A stretch of 58,537 nucleotides of DNA from Octopus bimaculoides (Eukaryota): contig NC_068983.1 of the NCBI RefSeq assembly GCF_001194135.2, forward strand, positions 144,772,167 to 144,830,703. Reading direction: 5' to 3'. Under the pieces are notes generated by a model, which was given only the letters and a program-made list of their open reading frames with translations, did not search any database and was not told the origin of the DNA. Position numbers and translations under genes: made by a program. Position 1 is the stretch's first letter. Each line of letters begins with the position of its first letter. This document shows positions 28,200 through 41,889 of the stretch, in pieces.

Positions 28200-28790
28200 T
28201 AGCGTCAGCAAAACTTCTTATGACTTTTCCACTATATATACCAACCTTTTAGCAATATTCTTGAAGTCGGTGTAAGTAGAATTGTTGGAAGTTCCGTATT
28301 GCTCTTGTTCTAGCGGCATCAACTCCTCATTAGATAAAATTTCTCTTTGGAACACACGCAGCTCCATTACATCTTCTTGAAACTCTATTTCATTTACAGG
28401 GGTCATAATATCTGTATTTTTGTATTTCTGCTTTTGAAAAACTATTTGGATATGCATTTTTCGATACACCATTTAATGTTGCGGATTTTGTTGTAATGTT
28501 ATCTACGGCAACTGTTATGTCGAACTTCTTCCAAAACTCCCTAACATTAAGTTTATTCTCAGCAGCATTTGCTTTCATAAGTTGCTCGAAAGTTCTTGTC
28601 AGAAAATATTGCTTGAAGTTCTCTATCACACCTTGATCCAGAAAACATGTTGTTGTCTATCACACCTTGACTTCAGACAACATGTTGCATTCTCACATTA
28701 GCAGAAATCTGTTAATTTCACTGGGTGGTTGGGTGCATTTTCTAAAATGTGCAATGCTTTGTTCGAAATGTGTCTGGCTCTCTAACTTTC
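28200..28790 (-). mobile_element. pogo/Tigger-like DDE_1 transposase fragment
   Basis: Minus strand: KALHILENAPNHP, LDQGVIENFKQYFL, NVREFWKKFDITVAVDNI (DDE_1 motifs LLxLDNAPxHP and QPxDQGVI). Internal short duplication ctatcacaccttga. Confidence 0.8.
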
Positions 28791-29117
28791 TACGGCAGGA
28801 TAAATATATTTATAAACTAAAACTTCGTTTGTGATATCCTCTCCTTCTAAGACATAAAACTTGGAACATAATGAGTTCTTCATAGCTTTTTGCATCAAAT
28901 GTTTTTTTTTATATTGAGGTCGATTTTGTGGAATGATGAAACCTTTTCACCTTTGCAGACACTACTGGGTGCCCCAAACTTCGAAATATATCATACGCAA
29001 AGCATATCTACTAAATTCTTCATTAAGCACTTAATTGCATCAAATAACATTATTTTGTTTCCAGAAATAAAACAAATTAATATTTTAAACTGCTGGTGTG
29101 TATTTACTTTCGACACA

Positions 29118-29174
<57 letters not shown>

Positions 29175-29288
29175 NNNNNNNNNNNNNNNNNNNNNNNNNN
29201 NNNNNNNNNNNNNNNNNNNNNNNNNNNNNNNNNNNNNNNNNNNNNNNNNNNNNNNNNNNNNNNNNNNNNNNNNNNNNNNNNNNNNNNN

Positions 29289-29344
<56 letters not shown>

Positions 29345-29769
29345 GTGGGTGTGTGTGTGTGTTTGTGTTTGTGTACTTACGGCCTTTGTGCGTTAAAACC
29401 CATTGAACCACGCCCTGAATTACGAGGCACAATCATGTTGACATTATTCAGAACTCAACTTTATAATACGTTTTAATATACAGTTTTAAGAGAGGAGACG
29501 TCTCTAAGACATCAATATCGCAAATGAACGGTTTCCATGTTATAGTGAACGGGAAACTGTTGGATATTAATCTACACATCGTTATTTATATCGACATTTC
29601 AATACACAAACTCTCAAAGTGCCGAACGAGTTAATATTTTACAAAAAGTAAAGTAAACCTCGATCGCAGAATAGCTTTGAAAAAAAAAACATTTTAGAAG
29701 ATTGGATAAATACCCTAATATACATACATATACACATACATACATACATGCATACATACATACATACAT

Positions 29770-29945
29770 ACATATATGTGTGTATGTAGTTGTGTGGTAA
29801 GAAGCTTGCTTCCCAACCACATGGTTCTGGGTTCAGTCCCACTGTGTGGTGCCTTGAGCAAATATCTTCTACTATAGCCTCTGGCCGACCAAAGCCCTGT
29901 GAATAGATTTCGTAGACGGAAACTGAAAGAAGCCTGTCGTATATA
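29770..29945 (+). mobile_element. 5' half of the 36549-type SINE
   Basis: ggtaagaagcttgcttcccaaccacatggttctgggttcagtccc..gacggaaactgaaagaagcc. Confidence 0.75.
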
Positions 29946-30566
29946 TATGTATATATTTATGTGTGTGTCTTTGTGGAATGGACCACAACTAGCTACACAG
30001 TACGCATTCTACCCGGGAGGAATCGATGCAGGATGCCTCGAAACTAACGTTGTGAGCAATAAAGTTTCACGTATATTCCATTTTCCGAGTCTTTCATTTG
30101 TTATATATACACACATATATATATTTATATGACATCGAAATGAAAGCGGGAAAAAAGAAAAAGTTTTATCGTTATGAACAGAACGGAAAATCAAAAAGTG
30201 GAGAAAATATATAATAGGAGACGATAAGCTGAATTAAATTGAAACGGAGAAAGTGGACAAAAGCAGGAAAGGAAAATAGAGCTGTAAGGTTAGAATATTT
30301 GTAAAAAGATCGTTGAATTCTTTATGATATTCCACAAATAGAAAGAATACTATTGTTTACGTAAATAAAAGAATGTTGATTACTGGAGACATACGTGGCA
30401 TTGTTATTACAGAAAATTATTGTACACTTAATGACACTCTGTATTCAAAATCGAATTTATATTGCGAAGGTTAAGCAGTATAAACAAATGTTTAAAATTG
30501 AGGAAGCTAAGTGTAGGTTGCTTCTAAAACAATGAAGTAAAGGAAATGACATACCATACAGTCAAA

Positions 30567-30611
<45 letters not shown>

Positions 30612-30612
<1 letters not shown>

Positions 30613-30928
30613 TCTTTTTCTTGTTCCAGTCATTAATTAAATTGCAGCCATAATGCAGCACTACCTTAAAATGTTTTTAGTCGAATGAATCAACTCCAGA
30701 ACTTTTTAAAGCTGGGTACTTATTGCATCAGTCTTTTTTCCCGAGCCGCTAAGTTACGAGGGCATAAATACATCAAAACCGGTAATCAAGAGGCGATGGC
30801 GGACAAACACACACACACTTATATATACGACGGGTTTCTTTCAATTTCCGTCTACCAAATGCACTCACAAGGCACTGGTCGAGCCGAGGTTATAGTAGAA
30901 GATACTTGTCATTGGTGTCACGCAGTAT
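30612..30928 (-). mobile_element. Copy of the 36549-type SINE
   Basis: Shared blocks gccgctaagttacg and tttccgtctaccaaat(g)cactcacaagg. Confidence 0.75.
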
Positions 30929-30949
30929 GACCTCCGATCAGGAAAAAGC

Positions 30950-31590
30950 TGCCTTACACGGCTTCTGCGGCATTATTATTTGGAGTTGGAAAAAAATAAT
31001 GGATCGCACAAACGTAAATGTGATATATCTCAATTTTGCAATGCCCTTTGATTAGGTTAATCACGCGATGATATGTCACAAGCTACGGAGACTTGGTATA
31101 GTCGGAAAATTTGGAGAATGGATACATTACTTCTGACTTCTTAAAAGACAGAAACCAGGCTGTGGCGGCCAATGACACCCTCTTCAAGGAGGCTGTAAAT
31201 CGAGTGGAGTGTCACTGAGAAATGTCATGTGCTCGCTGATATTTATTGTAACGCTTTTGGACACGCCATCAGTTATACGGACAGCCACACTTATTAGCTA
31301 TCCTGAAGACACAAAAGTTGTAAAAGCAATCAATGAACCTCTCGATGCTAAACTTCTATAAAAAAAAACGAGGTGCTATATATAAATGGGCTGAAGATAA
31401 AACATGCAGTTTAACGCTGGGAAATCTGGAGCCCTTCGCTATTAGACAGCCACTAAAATGCTGCAATGAAGATGCTTTGTACCAAAAGAAGCGGCAATAC
31501 CAGATGCAAGTACAGTGTGTGATCTGGGAAATGATATGAGCTACAACGCCTCGTTTCGTGTACATACCACGAAGATGGTGGCAATGTGTA
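30950..31590 (+). mobile_element. Second CR1-type LINE RT fragment, same family as 4651-6316
   Basis: VIYLNFAMPFD*VNHAMICHKLRRLGIVGKFGEW, FLKDRNQAVAAN, SYPEDTK (decayed YADD) and YKWAED. DNA aligns by eye with 6020-6250. Confidence 0.85.
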
Positions 31591-33189
31591 TTTTGCGAAC
31601 GTGTTAGCTCTTTTCGTTAACAGCCACAAATTTCCACCTCCTTTTAACCCACTCCTCATCGCTCCTCGCCCTGATCATCTTAGCAGGATGATAGATAGTG
31701 GCGGTAGTCCTGCGAGAAGTTTTTTTCCTCCTAGCTGTTGGTCAACTGGCCAGTAATATCTTCGCCTTCGGTTTCCTGGCTGTCAGCCACTGACACGAAG
31801 GACGTGTTTCTCTGCTACACACAGATCGACAGCTAGTGGTTATCTGGAAACAATAGCTTTTGTACCGTTGCTTCTGGTGTACCGCTGCCCGTCGCTGTCT
31901 GTTCTCATCAGCCTTCCCAACTTCAAAGGGCAGAATGGCCTCAAGAGCCCCTTATTGACACATATTAAACAGCCGAGCTTTCTGATATGCGCAACTACTA
32001 TTGCTTTTCTTTCTGTGTTTTGATGGGTTACAGCTCTGAGATGTCTGTGAGATGGATGTAAATCCCAACTGACTACGTATATAATTTTATAATCTCGATG
32101 GATGACACCCAGAACTTGCAGCGATACAACAACAACGGTGGTTCTAAATGGAGCATTGGAATTATCGAGTGTTTTACATGTTCACAACAGTGAGTCGGAA
32201 TTCTTCTATTGACTTGGATCAGAATCGAAGCGCCAACACTACGACTGTACTTTCAATTCAATTCTATAAACATCTCTACGGTCTACACTGAAAAATAAAT
32301 TAGTGTAACCGCTGTAAAACATTATGCTGTTCCCCATGCATTCAAACCAATTCATTAAAGAATTTCAACACAGCAATGCATAATGCAAACTAAAATAAAA
32401 ATATGTCACTTTAAAAATATTGTCACTTTTACAGTTTATATTCGTTTCACATTGAGCACCTTCCACTACCAGGGTCAGGATACACAGCACTGATCATCCG
32501 GTGATAGCGTGACGCTGTTTATCCATGCAGTTAACTACTACTCTCACGATAAGGGTAACACATTCAATAATTCTGACGCTTAATTCTTATTTTATCGCAA
32601 AAGCACAAGGAAATATTAATAACAATCTAATATGATGTGAGCAATTTTCAAACTTCACCACTCCGCAATACACACACACACATACACACACACACATACA
32701 CACACACACACATACACACACATACGCACATACACACGCACTCACACACATACAAACACTCACACACACACAAATAGTTATTAATATTAGTAGATTACTG
32801 CCTCATTTTTATTACCGAGACGATAAATTAAAGTGTGTATGCGTTTTATTGTGCTTTCTTGGAGACATTTAGAATATTTAAACCCAGTTTTCTTTTAATT
32901 TGATAGTGGTGGCAATGTGTCCGTCTCACTTCAACCCTCATAATTTTCATAGTGTTGTTGCAACATTTCAATCGTGATGCAAGCCAGTACGAGAAAGCAG
33001 GTTCATTACTACAAGTTAATGAATCACTCGACCAACACGTCTTATTCTATGGGAAATACCTCATCAAGTGATATTATAAGATTTAACAAATCTGATTCAA
33101 TACATGTATCGGTAATAGAATAACAGAATAGGAGACATTTAAGAGATGGTTTTCTTGAAGCTTCGTATATGTATACATTATCAAATGAT

Positions 33190-33439
33190 CAAAGACCCTC
33201 CATATCCATTTGTTCGTAGGGCCAACCAGCTCTCCGGATTCTTTGGTATATATATTCTTCTCTTCCTGGACGGGACGCTGGTACATAGCAAGAATACTCA
33301 TTTTGGCCAGTTGAGTGGAATGGAGCAATGTAAAATGAGGTATTTGCTCAAAAATACAATACGTCGACCGGTCCAGGATCGAAACCACAATCTTACGATC
33401 AAGAGTGCAGCGCTCTAACCACCAAGTAACGCGCTTCCA
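33190..33439 (-). mobile_element. Older copy of the 38797-type SINE
   Basis: Reverse complement aligns with the 38797 head, B box (ggtttcgatcc) and central domain. Confidence 0.8.
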
Positions 33440-33517
33440 AGTAATATAATACGATAGAGAGAATTGTATTACTTATTTTTTTATTAAATGCTCACACTTT
33501 TCTATTTTCTGTTGCAG

Positions 33518-33634
33518 AAACATATGACTGTCCTCCGGGACACCGAAAGTGTCGAGGAGGGCAATGTATCGCAGAAAATAAATGGTGTGACTTTTGGAGA
33601 GATTGCCCTGATAATTCAGATGAAGATGACTGCG
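33518..33634 (+). CDS. Internal exon encoding a canonical LDLa repeat (probable GRL101-like LDLa-LRR GPCR)
   Basis: Acceptor ttttctgttgcag|, donor G|gtaatt, 117 nt, phase 1-1. Translation (E)[38 protein letters not shown] has 6 Cys and the acidic DCxDxSDE motif of LDLa modules. Confidence 0.92.
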
Positions 33635-33706
33635 GTAATTTCATTTCTAATCTTTCAATTCTAATCTTTCTCTGTTGCAGTTGCTTTCTAAATATAATTA
33701 GGTTTC

Positions 33707-33806
33707 CAATGTGTATTATATGGTGTTAAATATGTGGCAATGTGTATTATATGGTGTTAAATATGTGGCAATGTGTATTATATGGTGTTAAATATGTGGT
33801 AATGTG
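33707..33806. repeat. 31-bp minisatellite, ~3.2 copies
   Basis: caatgtgtattatatggtgttaaatatgtgg at 33707, 33738 and 33769. Confidence 0.95.
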
Positions 33807-34816
33807 TTGATTCTAATGTTTGCTATATGTTGACGCTAATGTATTTATTTATGTACTGAGTTATAGCGAACACCGTAAAAGAAAAAGTTCCTGATGAATC
33901 GGTGTCACAATTCAGTAGTTTCAATTTCTGGAGGAACACCACTACATATATTCCTGCTGCTAATGTGTCTTTTAGATAAAACCTACCATAAGCTGATTTA
34001 AAGGCATGTTTCGATTACTATTTGAAGCCAAGTTTCCAATATTTGTGTAAAACACATAAACGCCACCACAAATATATATTTCCATTTACATACAGATATA
34101 TTATATTGAGAGTATAGACAAGACTTTACGAGTAATAGAATAAATATATATATATTTGAGTGTGTGTGTATATTTATACATATAGATGTGTGTGTGTGTG
34201 TGTGAATATATATATTTGCATGTATATATATTTATGTTTATAATTATGTGTATATATATATATGTTTGTGTATGTANNNNNNNNNNATGTGTATATATAT
34301 ATATGTTTGTGTATGTATATATATATATGTATATGTGTGCATATATGTGTGTATATATATATATGTATATGTGTATATGTATATATATATATATATATAA
34401 AAGATAATAAGAGTGAAGAAACCACAGAAGGCTTGTGTTACTTGGTTAAAGTATATATTTAAATTATGNNNNNNNNNNNNNNNNNNNNNNNNNNNNNNNN
34501 NNNNNNNNNNNNNNNNNNNNNNNNNNNNNNNNNNNNNNNNNNNNNNNNNNNNNNNNNNNNNNNNNNNNNNNNNNNNNNNNNNNNNNNNNNNNNNNNNNNN
34601 NNNNNNNNNNNNNNNNNNNNNNNNNNNNNNNNNNNNNNNNNNNNNNNNNNNNNNNNNNNNNNNNNNNNNNNNNNNNNNNNNNNNNNNNNNNATATATGTA
34701 TATATATATATATATATATAGGTGTATTATCGCCATATCACATTTTTAATTTCGCGCATGCGCATTACACAGTATAATAGGGTCATCCTGGCACCGTCCG
34801 GGAGAAAATCAGCACC

Positions 34817-35703
34817 ATGACACAATTCACTCTGCCAGAAATTTAGAAACGACATTTTGTACTGATTGGCATTCGCACTGGAAACTCCAATACAAACATT
34901 TCAGAGTGATTGGGTGTCAATCCAAGGACAGTACAGAGGATTCGGAGAGATAGATGAGTCTAATGGTGATTCCGAAGGTACGATAGGTCAGAAAACTTAC
35001 TATGATAACTCTGATGAGAAAAGAACTCCTGAATTTGTTGGTGAGATCCAGGTCATGATTGACAACGATCCCTCCAAGCCAGTCAGGTCCATTGCCAGGT
35101 ACATGGGAGTGTCTGAGTTTTTTTATCAGGCAGGTAGTACATGGAGACATTCAGCATTCCTCATATAAAATGAGAAAGGGCCAATATTTATCCCAAGCCA
35201 TCAAGAACAAGAGGAAAGTCCGCGCTACGTAGATTTTGAACAAATTCAGGCATCCCCTCCAACCAAACATGCTTTGGTTTCTCTCACACGGGAAAAATAT
35301 CTGCCAGGACCAGATGGTGACAACCGTTGGCTTGCAGTGTTCCCAAAACATGTACCGAGAATGATGAAAATCAAACATCCAGTGAACATCATGGTGTTTG
35401 GAGTGATCACTAGTGATGGTGACGTTATGCCTCCATTCAGCTTCTCACACGGCCACAGATTCAACACGGAGGCCTACATCAAGTGCCTGGAGGAGGTAGT
35501 ACTGGCTGCCCTGGGTCAAGAAGGTGGTTGCTGGCAGAATCTACTTCTGGCAACAAGATTCTGCACCATGTAACACAAGTAGAAGAACCCATTCATGGCT
35601 GTCAGGCAATTTCTGCGACCACATCACTCCTAAAATCTGGCCACTTAACTCTCCAGACTGCAACCCTCTTGGTTATTGTGTTTGGGACGCAGCTGAGCGA
35701 GAG
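34817..35703 (+). mobile_element. maT (DD37D) Tc1/mariner-superfamily transposase pseudogene
   Basis: N-terminal HTH-like MTQFTLPEI*KRH..LGVNPRTVQRIR. KHPVNIMVFGVITSDG; WQQDSAPC..WPLNSPDCNPLGY with 37 residues between QD and the final catalytic position, which is Gly here (inactive). Stops and frameshifts. Confidence 0.88.
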
Positions 35704-36548
35704 ATGCTCTGGTATTTTTTGCTGTCTTACCAAGTGTTGGCCTTATTTATCTTATTACTGGTCCTTTCTGTGCTGCTCCAGGAGTTACTCCTGTACAGCG
35801 GGCAGTTCCACTTAGCATCACTCTCTATGATGGCTTTGTACTTTGTCCTAGCTCCCTTTGTACACTGTAATCCTGTTCTTGTGATTGTAGCCAGAGAACT
35901 GCATACGGTGGATGAAGTGTTGTATGTGTCTTTCCAATTCCCTAGGGTCGCACATGCGAGACATTCATCATCACTCTCACCAAGTCAGCTGTAAGAAAGT
36001 TGAACTTGGCGATGTCCGCAATCGCTGCGTTCTTGTGAACAAGGTACTTAGAGGCCATGGGTTTAGCATAATGAAAATGAAGGATGTGGACCTTTTTGTT
36101 CTTCGATTCCAACCAGAGTTCTACGTGTAAAACAGGTAGTCTATAGTTCGGGTGCTTACTAGGGTAGTCTATCATTATTTCAATACTCTGGTGGATAGAG
36201 TTAACTATTTACTGGATGCTCTCCATAGTGTTAGCTTCCAGATCATCAACATTGTCTTGTGGGGGTAATTTGGCTACTATGTTGATATCATCCACATAGC
36301 GGAAATACATGGTTAGGTTTAGGGAGTTTCCTGCTAATTTTTCTTTGCCTCCTATCCCACAATACCATAGATAGGTTAGCCACATCGCCATTGATACTGA
36401 CACCGATGGCTGCACCTTCCACTTGGGCGTATATCGTGTTATTAAACGTAAATAAATGGCCCTTCAGTGTGGTCTTGGTACTCGCACCCACCGCATGTGC
36501 GACCATCTTTTTAACCTGATCACTGTTTTCGGCGGTCTTCTTCGCCAT
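35704..36548 (-). mobile_element. Penelope-like reverse transcriptase fragment (divergent clade)
   Basis: Minus strand: HLFTFNNTIYAQVEGAAIGVSINGDVANLSM..WD, MYFRYVDDINIV, IDYPSKHPNYRLPVLHVELW, HYAKPMAS (PLE RT motifs GxxMG, YxRYVDD, LPxLD, YxKP). Frameshifted. Confidence 0.85.
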
Positions 36549-36875
36549 AGAAGTCTAGTACTTATTCTATTGGTGTCTTTTGCCGAACCGCTAAGTTACG
36601 GGGACATAAACACACCAACACCGATCGTTAAGCGGTAATGGGGAGACAAATACAGACAGAAAGACAAAGACACGCACGCACACACACACACATACATATT
36701 ATATACACGCGACAGGCTTCATTTAGTTTCCGTTTACCAAATCCACTCACAAGACTTTGGTCACCCGATGCTATGGTAGAAGAAACGCGGCCAGGCTGCT
36801 GACATGCGGTGGGTCTGAGCACCGTAACCATGTGGTCGTGAAGCAAGTTTCTTACCACACAGCCACGCTTGCGCC

Positions 36876-36876
<1 letters not shown>
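36549..36876 (-). mobile_element. SINE of a third family (internal microsatellite; ggtaagaa(g/a)cttgcttc head)
   Basis: Mutually similar copies at 29770-29945(+), 30612-30928(-), and fragments 10410-10490, 46735-47035, 55165-55240, 58415-58460. Confidence 0.75.
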
Positions 36877-36955
<79 letters not shown>

Positions 36956-38796
36956 TATGCGAGAGCAAAAACTTCACACAGATACCTAAAAGTACTACAT
37001 TGAATTTCCTATGTTGAAAATAACGTATGTATTTTTCTTATATATATTAAGTTAAATACAGTCAATAAACTAGATAAGCTTCATCACATTAACCATTCCA
37101 CATGCGAAGCCCTGCTGCAAAGTAAAAGAAAATTGCTTTTTATTCTCTTGTGTTATAGTCGATAACTTATTGAAAAAGTAATTCCTGTTGCGGAACACCT
37201 GAATCCCTTGTCCCTCTTATTTCAGGTTTCTGTAGTAACAAAATGATGAACAAATCTCTTCAACCAAATTTCCTTCAAGTTTTGGAACCTATTTCCCTCA
37301 ATTTGGTAAACTGCGACACGCACAGTAAATTACTTTGCGTAAGCGTAAACCGAAAAGATTGTAGCTGTAAGCTATTCGATACAGAAAAATACTTAAACGA
37401 TGAAAAAAATCAATAATTTTCATTGATTTCTTTAAGGATCGACAAGACTAAATTGTTTTGTGGTTGTATATACTGTTAGAAATAGCAGAGTATCTGAAAA
37501 ATTACCTTACAGAGTTAAGATTTGTCTTTTTATATTCAGAGATCAAAACTAACGTGGGCCTACTTTCTTCCATCAGGGATAATAATCAGGAATTAAATTT
37601 GGTGTTAGCCACTGTTGACAAATCCAATATTCTCAGTCGTGTTTTCATGTTAGAAATCCCAGCATAGTCATAAACGAAACCAATAAAAGCATCTAATTAG
37701 TATTATAAATAAAAAATTTCCGGTGAATTGAAACCCAGACATAGAGAGACGAAGCAAATGATCTTAAGACTATCAATCAAGTGTTCTACTTTCTAGTAGT
37801 GTTTCACAGTGTTCAAATTCATGAATAAAGAAAGCTGCAACCTCAATGTTATGATTGTTCCGTCATTCGGACATAATTTCAATCTTTCATTGACATAAGA
37901 TTATTTTATTTACACCGATAATGCCGTTAGAAAAGGCGTGAACGTTATAAAAAAAAAGATACCCTAGACTATCTAGACCCTAGATAGATGAGCCTTGTAA
38001 CCTATAAAAAAAAATGTAATAGTATTAGCGTGAGCGCTGCCATTTTAAACCCCAGTAGAGATCAGTTTACGCTGGGCAAGTTATAGATGTCACAAAACTA
38101 ATTCCCTTCTCGTCTTGAAATATATAGCATTTGTTAAACAAACACTGCATAATTTCTTTAAAAAGGAAAGTGAATTGATTTATGGGTGAAGAAATATGAT
38201 GGAAAATTTATGAATGAGAAATAAGATGAATAACAATGCAAAACACATGAAGTGGGAAGGAGGGTTGAATCGTTATGAATTAATTTCTGTTAATAATCAT
38301 ATCGATTCTGAGTGACTGCAATAAAGTCCTATATATTAGAATACGGATATAAAATTCTATATTTATGTGTTGCTCTTTTATTGACATTCATAGCCCACTT
38401 CACCAGTGTTTCTAATTATATCATATTTAAGAATTAGCAACACATTTGAAATGACATTTAAAATTATGACGCTTTGAAAGTGTGATTTGTGGCAATCGCG
38501 TGAGAATAATAATACTTGCTTCATGATACCATTTTCACATTTTATTTCCCTTTCAGTGACTGATCAGCCATGGTTTAGTGGGAAAATTGGTGTATTTTTT
38601 CGCTAAATCACCTCAGTTATATTTAGCCACAAAAAATGGTCTAAATTAGCTTTTGTTGGGTCGACAGAATATTAGACAATCAGAAAAAGGAACCGATTTA
38701 GTGTTTTGGCAATGTGTTCACAACGTGTCTATTGTCAACACGATTTTCTCCGGCTGGTTTATTTAGATGAATTTAGATACATTTAGATAAATAATT

Positions 38797-39053
38797 AGTG
38801 GAGGCGCGTGGCTTAGTGGTTAGGATGTCAGCACCATGGTCGTAAGATTTTGGTTTCGATTCCTGGACCGGGCGACGCGCTGTGTTCTTGAGCAAAACAC
38901 TTCATTTCACGTTGCTCCAGTCCACTCAGCTGGCAAAAATGAGTAGCGCTGCGATGGACTGGCGTCCCGTCCAGCTGGGGAACACATACGCCATTGAAAC
39001 CGGGAGACCGGTCCCATGAGCCTGGCTAGGCTTTAAAGGGGCGCATTTATATA
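38797..39053 (+). mobile_element. Full-length tRNA-derived SINE (CORE/Meta-like central domain) with 14-bp TSD
   Basis: A box 38809-38819, B box 38852-38863, centre ttgagcaaaacact..ttgctccagtccactcagctggcaaaaatgagt. TSD ttagataaataatt at 38783-38796 and 39054-39067. Confidence 0.92.
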
Positions 39054-40879
39054 TTAGATAAATAATTGGTAGGAAAAACTGACGGCTGTAAACAGAGGAA
39101 AATGAAATGTAATTCATTTGGAGTTGTCACAGAAAGGCTATAATCTAGGGCAGTAGAATTGAAGGTTTCAGTGATACCAGTATTACATATGTGTTGCCTT
39201 CAAACAATTAATACAAAATGATGATATGTTTAGCGTCCGTAAGAACTCGACATAGGTGCACTGTAAGTATCGTTCAGTTATTTTGCAGTAATAAGGGCAA
39301 GTCTTTTAGGTCTGAATCATTATATCATTTCTTACTCTGCTGCTCTGCTTTCCTCGTTAACGCAATGTCGACTGTTTCCTGTCCAATCCTTGGAATCGCA
39401 AAAAAGAAAAAAAAACAAATCACACACACACACAAAAACGTAATACCATATGCTTTCAAGATGATTTGTAGTGCGTTCATATGCTTATATCTGTGAAACG
39501 GAGTGATAAATTTGAAACTAAAGAATTATTGGTGTCTTAAAAGAAGACAAAGAAAAATGTTAACAGATAAAAGAAGTGTTAATTATATAAAAACCGTTCA
39601 ATAAAACTCTTATCTGTCTCACTCATTATTCACATATGTTTTGCTGGCCATTAAAGTAATTATTGGTCTAAGGAACAGGTTGCAAAATAATAATTAAAAA
39701 AAGATCCATAAACAAACAAGTCACATTTTTGTAAAACAAAATGTAGGGTTAGAAAAATAATCTAAACAATAAAATTCAATGTGTCCTGAATATCCTATGA
39801 TAAATGTTCTAACGGTTCACAAAATCAAGATACTAAACTATTGGTAACTACAATTAGCACAAAGCCACAAATTTTAATGTGAGGTAGTATAGTCGATCGA
39901 ATCGATTTTAGTATATGCCTAGCATATACATTATCGGCGTTGCAGCCATGAAATATAAGGTAATTTGATTCCCATATTACAGATACAAAATCTATAGAGA
40001 CTGTTCAGTTGATTCTATTCTGAAATTTATTTGATAATATGACCTGAAGCTAAACAATAACATCAACTGTGGAGCGATATAGTCCACTGCACTGATTCTA
40101 ACATACTACAATTCATAAAAGGCTTTGCAATCGATGTTTGTGTAAGATATAAGGCTCACGATTAAAGAGTTTACAGTTCAAATACTTTTCACAATTTTCC
40201 TGATATCCGCCACCCTACAAAGCTAAGGCATGGGGTTCGCTCATAAAAAACAAACATGTATTTATGGTCTGAATTATTAAAGCCCTTCTAAAATACATTA
40301 AAGCTAAACGATACGAACCGCAAGCGGAAAATGTAAATAAATTTTCGCGTGATCTGATTCAAAGAACTTTTATCTTTTTTTTTCATAGAATACATCAGCG
40401 TCATTTCTCATTATATTTCATTATGCTTTCGTGGCTATTATCACAGTATGGATTCAAAATGATAGCTACAAAAAAATAAAAGGGCATACGCGTTAGAAAA
40501 TATACCTGTGTTTATATGTAAATGCCTTACGTTTATTAATAATTGTATAAACACACTACTGTTTATAATTAATGAATATGTATAAGTTTGTGTGCGCACG
40601 CACGTGTATTTGAGTATAAATCACGAAATATCTTCATAGCACATATAATTTTTTTACTAAAAACATTTAAAGAAAAATTTATTGAAAGAATAATTATCGT
40701 AAATATGAGTAAATTATTTTTCAAAATAACGGTCTTGTTGCATTTAAACCCCGACATCATCCTATATATATTTCTTTATCCATTTCAGAAAAGGAAATGT
40801 TTACAGTTCAGGGATGAATTATCTATGCACTATTCTTCTCATTTCTTGGTCTCACAGAAACCGGCAACCACTTAAGTCA

Positions 40880-41300
40880 TATTTGAGTAAAGCAAACGAA
40901 AGAGTGGTAAGCCGTAAGAACAATGTTAGGACTATATAAAGGAAGCTCTTCGGATTTCAAAATGGCGTTTCTGGAGGATTTCAACAATGTGAGGAACTGT
41001 ATGGGAAAAGGAGAGTGTTGTTGCACAACAACACTATACTTTCGACAATGGTCCTTGATTTTTACTTAGAATAAGAATCCTTAGTTTTTCACGCAGCAGC
41101 TCGCTACGACGAGCACCGTCCGCTGTATAGTACACCTTGTGATATGCTTCCGTGTTGATCCTTAAGGACATCAATGTCAGCATCAATTTGTGTTGTTGTT
41201 AGAGAACTCTTTCGTAACAGACGGACGTTTCTTTTCCGCACTCTGATACTCTGGCATTTACTTTGCGGTTCATACAGCAATATATAGGTTTCGTAGCAGC
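40880..41300 (-). mobile_element. Mariner transposase relic
   Basis: Minus strand SELLREKLRILILSKNQGPLSK / SIVLLCNN / HTVPHIVEILQKRHFEI, matching mariner ..LREKL...IRSKRRGLLSKGVLLLHDNARPHTA..TVETLQKL.FE. Frameshifted. Confidence 0.65.
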
Positions 41301-41889
41301 AAATATCTTTCTAAAGCAAGTGTCACTTTTGTTATCATGGCGAACAGACAGTCGTTGACTGATTACAAAACAATTCTGTTTGTGCTGTTACTTCACATTT
41401 TGTAACACGTCTTGTACAAACACTCCTAAAACCGATCTGTCGCCGATAGCTTCGTAGAAAAATATGACAAATATGACAAATATGCATATTATTTTCCACG
41501 TTATCAATATCCATCCTTTGACCTGCAGAACAATATAATACACATTATCAGCAAGGATGCTGCCGTGTCAGCTTTTATATGTGTGATATTCATGTGGCCG
41601 ATTAGAAAATTTTCTGTCCATTCTTAAACAATTGATAAAGTAAATTGATAAAGTAATTGATAAAGTAAATCATGTAACAAGAGTTTCATGAAGTGCGCTT
41701 GCATTAGGATTCAAAATGTTTCCAGAGTTCTATATTGCTTATTCATAGGTGCAAGTCTGTGTTGTGTTCCTGTTGGTGATCCGCGGTGACTGTCATTTGT
41801 TTAAATTATTGATATCAATGGCTGTTGCATGTCTCATCAGAATGGTGAAATTTACATTTTGATCATGGGGAAGAGATCTGGTAAATAGG

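Noticed and set aside
30015-30060. Hairpin gaggaatc/gatgcctc followed by GAAAC
   Set aside because: No CUGANGA box upstream.
33666-33680. Second copy of the acceptor-like ctgttgcag 46 nt after the LDLa donor
   Set aside because: No open symmetric exon follows; likely coincidence.
33707-33806. Regular 31-bp repeats (CRISPR-like spacing)
   Set aside because: Contiguous identical units without spacers in eukaryotic DNA; an ordinary minisatellite.
38797-38870. tRNA-like A/B boxes here and at 51800 and 25951
   Set aside because: They continue into SINE bodies with TSDs and lack a full cloverleaf, so they are not tRNA genes.
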